Assembly (NCBI GenBank): GCA_013239625.1
Contig: MU053881.1
Location: forward strand, 12,104,879 to 12,168,878
DNA length: 64,000 bases
Direction of reading: 5' to 3'
DNA from: Lama guanicoe
Taxonomy: Eukaryota
The notes under the pieces were generated by a model. That model was given only the letters and a program-made list of their open reading frames with translations, was not told the origin of the DNA and did no database searches. A program made the translations under genes and the position numbers. Shown piece by piece: positions 36,326 through 48,279 of the stretch (its first letter is position 1; each line of letters starts with the position of its first letter).

Positions 36326-38650
36326 CAAGTGGCCATATATGTAGGAAAATACAGTGAATTAAAGCAAAACTAAGTTAAAACGTATGCTTTTTGGAATATG
36401 CATTTATTGACCAACAGTCTTGCTGTATTATATTGTTAGACTATAAAATAGTTCTATTCAAAACTTATTTCCACAACTGTATAAAATTCTTTCTAAAAAT
36501 AAAAGCATATACACATGTTAATTTAAGCAAACTTGTTTCTATTAATTAGCTGTACATTTAAAAATAGCATTAAAAAATCATTCTTACTTCATGTTTCTCC
36601 TATCATGTCACAGATATTGTTCTAAGTGTATGTTTTCCAGTGTAACCTATCATTAATTTACTAATAAAATTGCTTTCAATCTTCTTCAGATTTACATTTT
36701 ACAGTTAACAGAATTTAAACTGTTGACATTTTCAATTGGTTCTTCTCTATCATTTTCTATTTACGGTCCAAGGTAAGCAAAACAAATTCTGCTAAGTGGA
36801 GAATATTCTCACTTCTAACATTTTCATGTTCAAGTTTGTAAGTATTTCAGCCCCATATATTTATAATGCTGACTTTTTGCCTCCATTAAGAGAATGTTTC
36901 TTCACAACCATTTCTACAAAATAAAAATCTTCAAATAAGTCTTCTCCATGTTTAGATAGTTTACATCTTTCACCAAATATAAATTTTGAAAACTCATAGA
37001 ATTACTCAAACTCAATCAGTACAAAATATAAAATTATATTCCTCTTCAGTTAAAAATAGGAGCTCCACCGAAAATGTTTCTCACAGTTTAAAATATTCCA
37101 AAGTGCAATTACAGAATTTCACATTCAAATATTGTACACTATTTGGGGCATAATATTTACTTTGTTCTGATCTTCCCTTCTTTTTATAGAGATGCACCAT
37201 TATAGTCTTCTGTTCATAAATTTTGTTTTGAACAATTACAGTTAGCTAAGAAGCATTAAGAGCTGATGTTTTTCTTGGTGCTCCATTCGTAAATGCATTG
37301 ATTAAATTTCCAACTGAGTTTGAGTAAAATGTAACAAAAATTTAAGATGAGTCATTATCAGAAAAGTTTAATATCATGGAAGAATATTTACGTTTATTTC
37401 CCAACATTTCAGAGTCTAAAACGTTTCTAAGATCTGATTGACAGTGGACAGCAAAGATGGAACACATGTGCCAGCTAAATTACTGTTTTGTTCTTATTCA
37501 GAAGAGCTTCCCACATAAAAACTTTGTAGTTCAGTTATTCTAAATTGTGTATGTATTCAAACGGTATCAATTTGACAACTCTTGCTTCTGTTACCACTGA
37601 TAGACTAAGAACAATGATAAATTACATGTTCACCATGATGATTACCATGCACATTGCTCCAAGTTTCCTTAATTTAGTAACAGTATTGTTTTCCTGGGAT
37701 GCTATTCTCCATTCTTCTTAGTAATACAGCAAAACTAAATAATTTTATTTTGAATGGTGAACCTTTTAACTGAATTTTATAAACGCATCAACCATAACAT
37801 CAGACATTTCACATTTGACAGAATGTATGTCCAAAGCCTTTACTTTGATTCCACAAATTGGATGGGGAAAAAAAACTGACCCCCTAGTGGAATTAACTAG
37901 TTTTCTGTTTGAAGGATCCCAACACTCTGGTATAAACCTGACATCATCTAATGATTGAAAATATTCTTCTGCTAATACAGCCAACACATTCACAGCTACT
38001 GCTTAAGTTTTCATACATGCACAAGATAATCCAAAATAAAAACTGAATAAAAGCTATTTAAAACTGTCATTTTATCTAAATGACAAGTGATATTTCACAG
38101 AGTGATATATAAACATACCATCTGCAATTACATATTAAATCACAGTCCTCAGGCACATTCTTCTTAATGTAATTGTTAACTTTTGAAGTAAATTCTGATG
38201 CTTCCTCAGTATATTTGTCTTCTGTTTCCTACTAAGTCACAGGTATCACTGTGGTCCCCATGGCAGGTAGTAACTGTCAACAAATATTCTGCATAAGCTA
38301 AATGTTCTTCACCAATTTTTTGCAACAGAAATTTAGTACTTAATTTAAGTATGCACTCTGTTTTTGAGCTCACTGAACCCCAACGGATGCATTTAAAAAT
38401 TAAGTGTTACCAAACAAAATACACATTTGTATATCTGTCCATGTAATAAACAACAGTATCACTGGAGCAAAAATATTCAGAACATTCTCAGTATTCTCAG
38501 GCTCTCTTTCCTGAATATATTTCACATACACTTAAACAATAGTTACTGATTCCTCCCACTAGTGATCTGGCAACTTCATGCATCCCACTAGCCACAGCAC
38601 AACTGGCACACCAAGTAGGGAGAACAATGAGTATTTCTTCCACTGGCACC
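36326..38650 (-). mobile_element. hAT-Blackjack-like DNA transposon remnant with degraded transposase
   Basis: Minus-strand translation VNVLAVLAEE..LDDVRFI...DPSNRK...FFPHPICGIKVKALDIHSVKCEMSD resembles a Blackjack-type transposase; TIR-like caagtggccatat at 36326; right boundary uncertain. Confidence 0.7.
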
Positions 38651-38849
38651 GAGAAATGAGTTAGCAGTCCCTACCTATACTTGGGAGGTAGTTGTTAGCA
38701 AGTAAATGAAAAGGATACAAAATATAAGTAGATCATAACTGAGTATTTTGTCTTAATTTGCTTTGTTTCCCAGACTTAATCATGTAATCAAGCAAAACCT
38801 CTAATTACTGCATGGCAGAAGCTGGAAGATCAAAGTGGAGATCTGTAAA

Positions 38850-39610
38850 ACCTTAATATAGGTGCACTTTTCCAACAAACAGTTAGAAATCGGAAGTAAA
38901 GAAATAACATCATGTATAATACCATCAAAACATAAAACAGGATATGGGCAAGAGCTGGACACCAAAATCTACAGTGCATTGCTGAGAACAAATTCTAAAG
39001 ACCTAAATAAAGGCATAAGAAATTGTGATCACGGTTTGGAAAACTCATGATTAGTAAGATGTCAGTGCTTCTAAAGTTGCCTTAGAGATTGGCTCCACCA
39101 AACTCCACCAAAACATCAGCAGATTCTTTATAGAAACTGAGGAGCTCATTCTAAAATTTATATGGAAAGACAAAGGAAATTTTAAAAACCCAAACAATTT
39201 TGAAAATGAAGAACAGAGCTATAGAACTTACAGGACTAGATTTCAAGACATCCTAGAAAGTAACAACAATCAAGGCAGCATGGTAGTAGACATGAAAATT
39301 AAGAAACAGAACAGAGAGGGGAAAATACACAAGTGCACCTATGTATAAATTCACTCATGTGGCATTCTGGAAAAGGCAAAACCACTGGGTCAGAAAACAG
39401 GTCAGTGATGTCCAGGGAACAGGGGTAAGAGAGGAAGCTTGACTGCAATGAGGCAAAAGGGAACAATTTTGTGGGGATGGAAATGTTCTACCTGTATTGC
39501 GGTGGTGGTTATGCAGCTGTCTGCATTTCTCAAGTCACCAAACTGAACACTTTTAAAACGTGTATTTTAGCGTATGTCCATCTTACCTCAACAAACCTCA
39601 CTTTTAAAGA
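38850..39610 (+). mobile_element. Old L1M fragment (ORF2 piece plus 3' end)
   Basis: aagacctaaataaa, attctaaaatttatatggaa, cattctggaaaaggcaaaac, gtggtggttat. Confidence 0.75.
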
Positions 39611-40029
39611 GAGTAAGAAAAAGGAAACCTCAACTGAGTATCATTTCCTCCTGGAAATACTTCTCGCCTTCAGTACTTTCACCCTGGCATCTCACTCCAG
39701 CAGTTAAACAGCCATCCTCTTTGACGAGCCTCTACCCTCGTGCTTAGTACTCTAGACTAAACTCACTGCTGTTCCTGTCTGTTCTCCCACCGGATCGGGC
39801 TTCTTGAGAGGATTTTTTTCCCCTCAAAGCTGTATCCCCAAGCTTAAAGTCCCATATGACACATGAAGATCATCAAAAATTGTTGGGAGAAGGAAAGAAA
39901 AAATGAACAGAGGGAAAAAAAAGACTCCTTTCCCTCATGTTTTCTCTTCCAACCATCCCTTGGGGGATAAACATTTTCTTCTGTCATTCTGTAGACACCC
40001 AAGCTAATCTTCACTATAAAAATGTCCTG

Positions 40030-40600
40030 GATTTATGTTTTAAAATGAACTTGGGATTCTGTTTGTTTTCAGGTATAGTGAGGCCAACAGATCAGGAGAT
40101 GACTGTCACTGAAAAGACAGTGTCTCCTACCGTTCCCAAGAGAAGGACGCAGGCCACATCATGCAGGGCCGCCAGAGAAGCACTGGGGTCCGTCAGGAGG
40201 CAGAAAGAGTGAGGGGGAAGGAGGGAAGGAAAGGCAAAAGCCCTCTGTGTGGTTTTCAGGAGGGAATACAGGCAGGTAGCTGGGCAAGTTCAGACTGCAG
40301 GGTCTGAGTAACTCCAGTGGGCTGTGGGCTTTAAGGCAGACTCTCTACTAGTTTCTAGTACCTGGTCTTGGGATGATTCAGGACAAAGGCATTGTGTCTC
40401 AAAATTCAGGAGCTCAATGAAAGGAGGCAGAAAGGGATATGGATTCAGAATTGGTTGCTTTGCAAGTCAAAGGGAAGCTGAAAGGCAAGTATTCCTTATC
40501 TCTAGAAATGGGGTGGGCTCCTTCCCCCTCCCATCCCTCACCCTCCACCCCCATCAGTGAGGCCCGTATGACATACAGGAAAAATACAGAAAATAAGAAA
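40030..40600 (-). mobile_element. MER77/MER68-like ERVL LTR
   Basis: gtgaggccaacagatcaggagatgactgtcactgaaaagacagt..gttcccaagag..gaagcactggggtccgtcaggaggcaga. Confidence 0.7.
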
Positions 40601-41534
40601 ATACAGTTAATACCATTCATATAGGATCCTTCCTGTATACACTGTAGTTTATTCCATAACCTGAGAATAAAACTAGACGTGCACTGGTTATCTAGGTGTT
40701 ACCACTATTCTCAGCCTACAAAATCCGTCCAACATCTTGCTAACTATCAAGTGAAAAACTGCTTAGATGATGTGCTAAGGCATAGTTCTCTATATTCTGC
40801 AATAAGCACTATGTAAACATTGAGACAGAGATTTAATTTGTGTATGGAAAGATGGATTACACAGTCAACTTCTTTAACTTTTATTTCCTACTGTGAATCA
40901 ACAAAAGCTACGCTTTCGTGCCTCCCGGGATAAGTAATAGAAAATGCCACAGACGCAAACTGCTGAGTTATCCTCACCCTTGTTCTTTTATTTAATATCA
41001 TGTCCATGTGATTTCATTTAATAAAAGATACAAGGGCTGAGAAAACACAATAGTGTGTCTCTGCATGTAAAGATATAGGAGAAATCAATTACAGTATGTT
41101 AGAAAGCATCGTATATTCTTACGTACGTTTTGTTTAAAGTATTAGGAAAAGGCCACACTATATTAGACTCCAAAATATATTTACTTTAATATAAACTCCA
41201 CTATAACAGGATAACAAGTTTTTTTAATCACTGTTCTCAGATCACTATTAGGTTTTCATTTCTGACATCTCCCCCACATGTCTGCTTTTTGGCATTATTC
41301 AGGGTTAAAGCTGGGAACAACAATAATTAAATATGAAACCATCAAACACTTTCATCATAAGGTTCTCAACTGCTAGGTAAACGCATAAAATAACATACTC
41401 ATTCAGGAAACTTGTTTTGTGTCTCAAGTGGCCTCTCTCAATTGCTCTCTCATTTCCAAAAATGTAAATATAAACACTGGTAAATTCTAAAAAAGAGCTT
41501 TTAATCATGACCTATAATCACAGTAGTAGTATTT

Positions 41535-41673
41535 GTGGGGAGAGTACAGCTCAGTGGTAGAGTGCATGCTTAGCACGCACGAGGTCCTAGGTTCAATCCC
41601 CAGTCCCTCCATCTAATAAATAAGTAAATACACCTAATTACCCCCCCCCAAAAAAAACAAATTTTAAAAAAAA
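41535..41673 (+). mobile_element. Camelid tRNA-derived SINE (Vic-1 type)
   Basis: ggggagagtacagctcagtggtagagtgcatgcttagcacgcacgaggtcctaggttcaatccccagt..cctaattacccccc, A tail; TSD about agtagtatt / agtaatatt. Confidence 0.92.
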
Positions 41674-41684
41674 GTAATATTAAA

Positions 41685-43050
41685 CAGCTAATACTTGATA
41701 TCTTACCACGTGCTTATTAAGGTTCTAACATATAGTATTTCATTTAGTCCTCCAAATACTGCACGAGGGATAAGTTTATGCCATCGCCATTTGCAGATGG
41801 AGAATGTGAGGGACAGAGAGATTAAGAAATTCACTCTGCCACTCAGCTACTCAGTGGTAAACCCAGGATTTAAATGAAAGACTCCCAAACCTATACTTCT
41901 CACTACTCCGTTAACGTTGGACCTCAAGTGCAAGCTGCTTGGTTGGAAAATTTTCCCCCAGAAACAGTGTTTATAGCCCTAGGAGTACCCACAAAAGCAG
42001 AGCATACCCATATAAAAGTATGAATACTATTGTACACAATCTGACCATCACGTGTAAAATTGCTTCTGGGAGACAATACATTAAAAGATTTTTATTCTTG
42101 GCATAGCAAGAATAGATTTTTGGATTTATGTAACTGGATAATGGACACTTTCCCTTCCCCCTGTGCCCTACTAAATCTGAAAACAGCCAATTATGTGGGG
42201 TTTTGAGATTTAACAAGAAAGTGAAATAAGGATAATTTTCACCATCAAGGGGACAGAGACAGGCAATTCTAGGAAGACTAACATAACCATAACGGGTACA
42301 ATAGAAGAGGAGAATCAGCTGCAAGTTTGTTTTGGGGAGAATATGTTTCTGTCATACATTAAGTACCTATAGGTTCTAAGCCCTTGCTAGATATTTTATA
42401 TATGACCTCTAATCCTCAAAGCATTCTTGAAAAGTAAATACAGGTATTTTTTATTCTATAGTTCAGGGTCATTTCAACTGATCCTAATGAAAAGGTGGTT
42501 CACATAGCCAGGGAAGCAGTAGAACCGGTCTCTGAATTCCTGGATGTCCAGAGCTAAAATCTCCCCTACGGTGTGCTCACTGGGGATGAAAGATCTCTGA
42601 CAAGGGCAATTGACTGTCAGCCTGAAGGCCACGGTTGTTCCACAGTCATCTTTAATTTGGTGCTCCAAGTGTTTTAAGTAATTTTTAACTTAAGTTGCTG
42701 TGCTCACCAATTTGTTACAGTCCCTCCCCCCCTGCCACATACACCATCTCTTACACCCAGCTTCCAATACAGTTACATTAATTTTGTGGTTCCTGAAAGA
42801 ATTTAAGAAGACTGGAGGAAGATGATATATCAAGATACTCTACAGAAGCTCTTCATTAAACGTTTTACATGTATTACCTGACATTTCATCATAATAACCA
42901 CCCAATGTGTTAGACATGGTTATTCCCATTTTACAGATAAGTAAATTTTTTAATTTGCCTAAGGTCACATAGCTCTCTCATGGTAACGCTGGGATTTGAA
43001 TCCAAGTTTTTATCACTCCAGTTGCATGCCTCTAACTACCAGCTGTACTG
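41685..43050 (-). mobile_element. Cluster of MIR fragments (about 41685-41910, 42360-42560, 42850-43050)
   Basis: catttgcagatggagaatgtgagg..agagagattaag; cccattttacagataag..ttgcctaaggtcacatagct..gggatttgaatcc. Confidence 0.65.
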
Positions 43051-44039
43051 CTTCCACTAGAGGACCACACTGTAAATGTTTCCAATGAAAATATTTCCAT
43101 GAAAAACAACTCCTACACTAAAAGCATGAGAATATGCTCTAAGAACTAGCAAAGGCAGATGATTCACTTCTTCAGTGAACTCTCCATTCCTTTAAAGAAG
43201 CATTAGCCCAAATTTCAATTCAACTCAATTTCATGAACCTTCTAGGGAGAAAACCTTCACCCTAGGAGGTTGATTTAATTGTCCAGGGGATTTGAGGCTG
43301 AATATTCTGTCCTTTGATTTCACTCTTGAATCATGGCCCCTATGTCCTCCTGCCACTGTGAAGACTCCAGCATCTCATCTCTAGACAGCAGAAGGGCAAG
43401 TGTGTGAGAAGGGAGGAAGCTGATGTATTAAAGTGAACTGCAACCTGAGCAGAGGATTGATGGTGGCTTCAAGAGAATGTGCTCTCCCATCCACTCACAA
43501 GTGTAATTTAAAGAGGATTTTTCAAGGCATGGATAGACACCATTACTCACATCAATTCCCACTGCCTTCTTCCCCTATAACTCTTTACCAATTCCGGTCC
43601 ACAGCTACTCTGCCCTGTTTAATCAACAACACGCCTTTGAGAAGTATTCTCCAGCATCCCCAAATGAATTTCTTATAATGCAAATTGAATGAAGTGGTGA
43701 AAATGATAAATATGCCTGCAGTGGAACAGATTTGTTTCAAGCTGTAAGATCTGCCTGAGGGTAAAAGGGACTTCCCAAACAAACTACGCCAACCTCGGAT
43801 TTGAAATGATCTATTTTGACCATCATCTTACTCTCAAGTATTTTTTTCCCCGTAGGGTTTTTTTTTTCCCTGTGGAAGTTTTGACCTACAATATTTTGTA
43901 ATATTGAGGCAAATTCTCTGCTTTGAAAGTAACGTTATAAATAAGCTCAAGGACATCAGTTTATGCAAGACAAAGGTTTCATGAACTAAAATGCATTTGT
44001 GATTCATGGTGTTTTCTAAGCAGTTCCCCAGATGAAAAT

Positions 44040-44760
44040 GGCAGTGGACAGGAAAATATACCCCCAAAGATGTCGATGTCCTAGCCCATAGATCCTGGGA
44101 ATATTCTATGTTACCTGTCAAGGGTACTAATGTTGCAGATGGAATTAAGGTTGCCAATTAGGCGACCTTGAGATGGAGAGATTAACCTGGATTGTCTTGA
44201 GTGGGTTCAATGGAATCACAAGGGCCTTTCAAGTGAAAAGGGAGAACCAGGAAATCCAGTGGCAGAGGGACATGAGAAAGGAAGGCAGGTGGCCTACAGA
44301 AGCTGGAAAAGGCAAGAAAACAGATTCTCCCTTACAGCCTCCAGAAAACAGTGCAGCCCTGCCAACACCTTGATTTTACCAGTGAGATCCTTTTAAGACT
44401 TCTGATGTTCAGAACCATCAGATAACAATATTTTAAGCCACTGTGTTTGCGGTAATCTCTGAAAGCAGCAAAAGAAAACAATACAGATATTGGTACCTGG
44501 AAGTGGGATGATGCCGTAAGGAACTCGGAAAAACGTAAAAGTGGCGTTGTAACTGGGAAATCTGAAGAGGATGGAACAATTTTGGGGATCCTAACAGGAA
44601 AAAACCTAGACTGCCTCAGAGTGTTAACAGAAACATGGATGATAATAAATCTGCTAGTGACAAATCAGAAAGAAACAAATGGTAGAGAAACATTATATGT
44701 CTCAGAGAATACCTGAATCATCACGAATTAAACCATCATGAACAGACTGTTGGCAATGGA
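44040..44760 (+). mobile_element. MLT1D/E-type LTR (to about 44484) plus start of internal region
   Basis: ccccaaagatgtc..gcagatggaattaaggttgccaattaggcgaccttgagatgg..agaagctggaaaaggcaagaaaacagattctccc..aataca|gatattggtacc. Confidence 0.85.
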
Positions 44761-44811
44761 GGTGTGAGTATTACATCATTATATGTCTGCCAAACATGAA
44801 AGATGACACTG

Positions 44812-44862
44812 ATATATATACTTTATATATATATACACATATATATATATACACACACATAT
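44812..44862. repeat. (TA)n/(CA)n microsatellite
   Basis: Read directly. Confidence 0.9.
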
Positions 44863-45279
44863 AAAACTTTGTAACTTTGTTAATTCTTTCTAAGAATTAT
44901 TGAGAAGCCAATAGGAATTCTGATGAAAACTTAGGAAATAGAAGTAAAAATCTTGACAGAGGTAAGTAACCCCAGGCATAATTTATTTTAAAGCAGGTAA
45001 GTTTCATTATAAAATTCCAACTGCTCTTAATGAGAAGGACTCCCCAGGCTCCAAATCCAGATGGGTTTAGATGTGCAGGTTGGGATAGATGCCTGGGAGA
45101 GCAGAAGTACTCACACAGTTATGGGTCAAAGTATGTTGATGGTGTAAAGACCTCAGAACGTGGTTCAGCAAGGTGGGGCATTCCTTGGGCAGAAAGGGGA
45201 GACGTGAGAAACCATGGAGCAGAAAGCCCAAAAGAGACGAGTAAATTAAAATACTGAAAATTGAAAACTGACATCTCAA

Positions 45280-45970
45280 CAGTTAATATAAATGTGAAAA
45301 GGTGTTGGACCTCATTAGTCATAAGGAAAATGTAAATTAAAATCAGAACTGAGTACCACTACACCAAGTAAAAAAACTGACAATATAAGGATTAACAAGA
45401 ACGAAGAACAATGGAAATTCTCTTAAGCTACTTTAAAGAAGTGAACTACACAACTCTGACCTAGCAACTTCTCTTCAAAGTATATATCCAAGTTCAGAAT
45501 TACACATGTCATGGCTGTCACCTGGAAACAACCGGAATGTTGATCAGCAATGGAACAGACACATCATTTGTGCTCTGCCCATACAATGCAATACTGTACA
45601 ACAATACAAATAAGTGAACTACAGCTGCACGTAACAGCTTGGATATTGAATGTATACTCACAACCATATTGAGTTAAAGAATCCAGATACAAAAGAATCT
45701 ATGATGTGTGACTGTCCACTGGAAAACAGAAAAAAAAAAAGCTACCCTATAGAATTTAGGAATGGATACTTAGGTGTAAACTTTAAAGGAAGAGCAGGGC
45801 AGTAATTCCCATCAAAGGCAGGAAGATGGTGACCTTCGAGAAACGTTGGAAGGGACAGGATGAGGGGTTCAGGCATGGTGGTGATAATTCCTTGATCTGG
45901 GGAGTAGTCACCCAAGTATTCATCTTTGTTTTATGTACTTTTCTGCACGTCAGTTATATCTTACAACAGT
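45280..45970 (+). mobile_element. Old L1ME-type 3' region
   Basis: cctcattagtcataaggaaaatgtaaattaaaa, ctggaaaacaacc..aatgt, atccagatacaaaagaat, cttgatctggg. Confidence 0.7.
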
Positions 45971-47889
45971 AATAATGACAGAGAGGAAATTTAAAGTTGA
46001 AAGTAGGAAAATCAGAGTGCTAAAGGTCCTCAAAATCACCACAGACAATTCTGTTTACATCTTAGCTACCTTTTTGCAAGACAACATGGGTATAAGCTCA
46101 AGTCATGATTTTTACCCCACAGATGTAAGTCACTACCACTGGGCATTATGATGCATTTGAAATTACTTTCCATAAACAGGCACGTACGTTTCTTTGTCTC
46201 CTTTTAAAATCTTTAATTCAGAGAGTATTCCAGACTTGGAAGCATCGGCACAGAATAACAGCATTCTAAAACATGTCACTATGTCCATTATCTCTGTGGC
46301 ACTGGACCTGGCCACTGCAGTTACAGACTTCTACCTAAATAGGGAGGGAGGAAAAGAATATGTTTTTTTTTAAGCAACAGCTCTTCCGCATATAGTGTGC
46401 ATGAATGAATAATTATAGACTAATGGAATCATACTTACTTGTCCTACAAGTTACTGCAACTAACTCTCACATATTTCAGCAAATGAATATTATATGATCG
46501 TTATTATCTCTAATAGTAGTTTCAGGAGCCCAAAGAATAAAGCCAAAAACCTAACCCTCTGATGAGACCTTTAGATGTACTTCCTTGGTACAAGGGAATG
46601 CAGTATCAGTATTCCATGTGTAAATAAGTTCAATTAACAACGAGTTATAATTGCAAAGGGAGATGAAAATTAGTTTAAACAAGTCAATTAAATCATAAAC
46701 ATTTCAGAAATATGAGGATGTGTTTGTAATTCAATTAGTGTGTTAATATACTAATAAATTTACTGATTTGAACAGTATCTTAATTATATAGTAGGGCTCC
46801 AGGAGAAAAAAAAATAGTATATCTTAATTGTCATAAAGGGAGCTTTGGCTGCAGTATGACTACATAAGTTTGGAGAAAATTATCCATGGTAATGAGATCA
46901 AAATGCTGCCATCTAGAATAATAAATAAGGTTACTTGATGGTTTGACTAATAAAAATGCATCCAAGGGACAGGGGAAATGACTGAGCACAGTGTTGTCTG
47001 CCAGACACTAATTACACTAAGTTTCTGATGGGAGAGAATGGGACATTTTCTATTATAACCAAAAAAAACCACTTCCATAGTTTCAACACTCAGATAATCA
47101 CGGGATTAAAATATTCCAGGGATAATTCTTTATTGCTACCTCAATTACCACAAATTAAGCTGATATTAATATACTTTACTGCTGCTCAGCCTTAAGTGAA
47201 ATCAGTTGCACTTCACATATAACTCAAGGGAGTGAGCTGATCTCCTATTTCTGTGTAATTACCTGTAATTTATGGAGCACAGGGAGACCTGTGAGCAGCC
47301 TCGTCAAGGTCACCTAAGAAGGTTGAATTGCATTGTTTTCAGTCACCATCTGTGATCTGGGCCGAGGCTGCCATCTCTCCACCTGCTTCAAGAGGAAGGG
47401 AACCTTCCCCAGCATGGGGGACAGACGACCAAATCCTCAGGCCAAGGGGTACAATGACCATGAGCTTTATACAAAGTGTACGTTTTAAAGAGTAGCTGGC
47501 ATACCAACGAAAACGCTGAAATGGACTTTTTTTTAAATGGGTTTCCATGCTAATTTCAACATTTTAAATCAACTGGAATGCCTGCAAAGAATTCTGACAA
47601 CCCACCATGGATGAATCCCAACTTCCTTCTGCAAATTTGGCCCACTCCTTAGGACTTCTACTCTACTGCAGGAGATGTGCAGCATCTTCTCCAGCACTCC
47701 CCAGCGTGGCCAAACTTTCAGCTATCTTAATTATCACAAAAAGCCGCAGTTACTCCACAGAGATTTCTCATTTTTTACCTCACTCCAGTAAAATTCATTT
47801 TGAGTATTTTCTATTTGAGTCCATGCTTGTTTGCTTACTTCACAAAACAAAGACAAAAGCAAAACAAACAAACAAACAAAAAAAACCCC

Positions 47890-48082
47890 AAAATTTCTTC
47901 TGTATAGCACAGGGACCCATATTCAGTATCTTGTAATAACTTTAATGAAGAAGGATATGAAATTGAATACATGTATGTATATGCATGACTGGGACATGGT
48001 GCTGTAAACCAGAAATTGTCACAATGTAACTGACCATACTTCAGTAAAGAATAAATAAGTAAAATAAAAATGAAAAAACAAA
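47890..48082 (+). mobile_element. Young L1 3' end
   Basis: tctgtatagcacaggga..tattcagtatcttgtaataac..gcatgactgggac..ccagaaattg..atacttca plus A-rich tail. Confidence 0.9.
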
Positions 48083-48279
48083 ATTTTAGAAAGTCAAGTG
48101 GAAAAGCATTTGGGAAATGACATGCAGGGTCAATCACTAAACCCAGCAATGCACTGGGAGTAGCTGAATGTGAGGGAAAAGGCAATCTGGGGTTTCTTGG
48201 TGAGCACTGTGTGCAGAATTTTCATAAAACAATAGCATTTTGTAAGCTAAAACCAGGAAGCTAGATTGAAAATGATATC

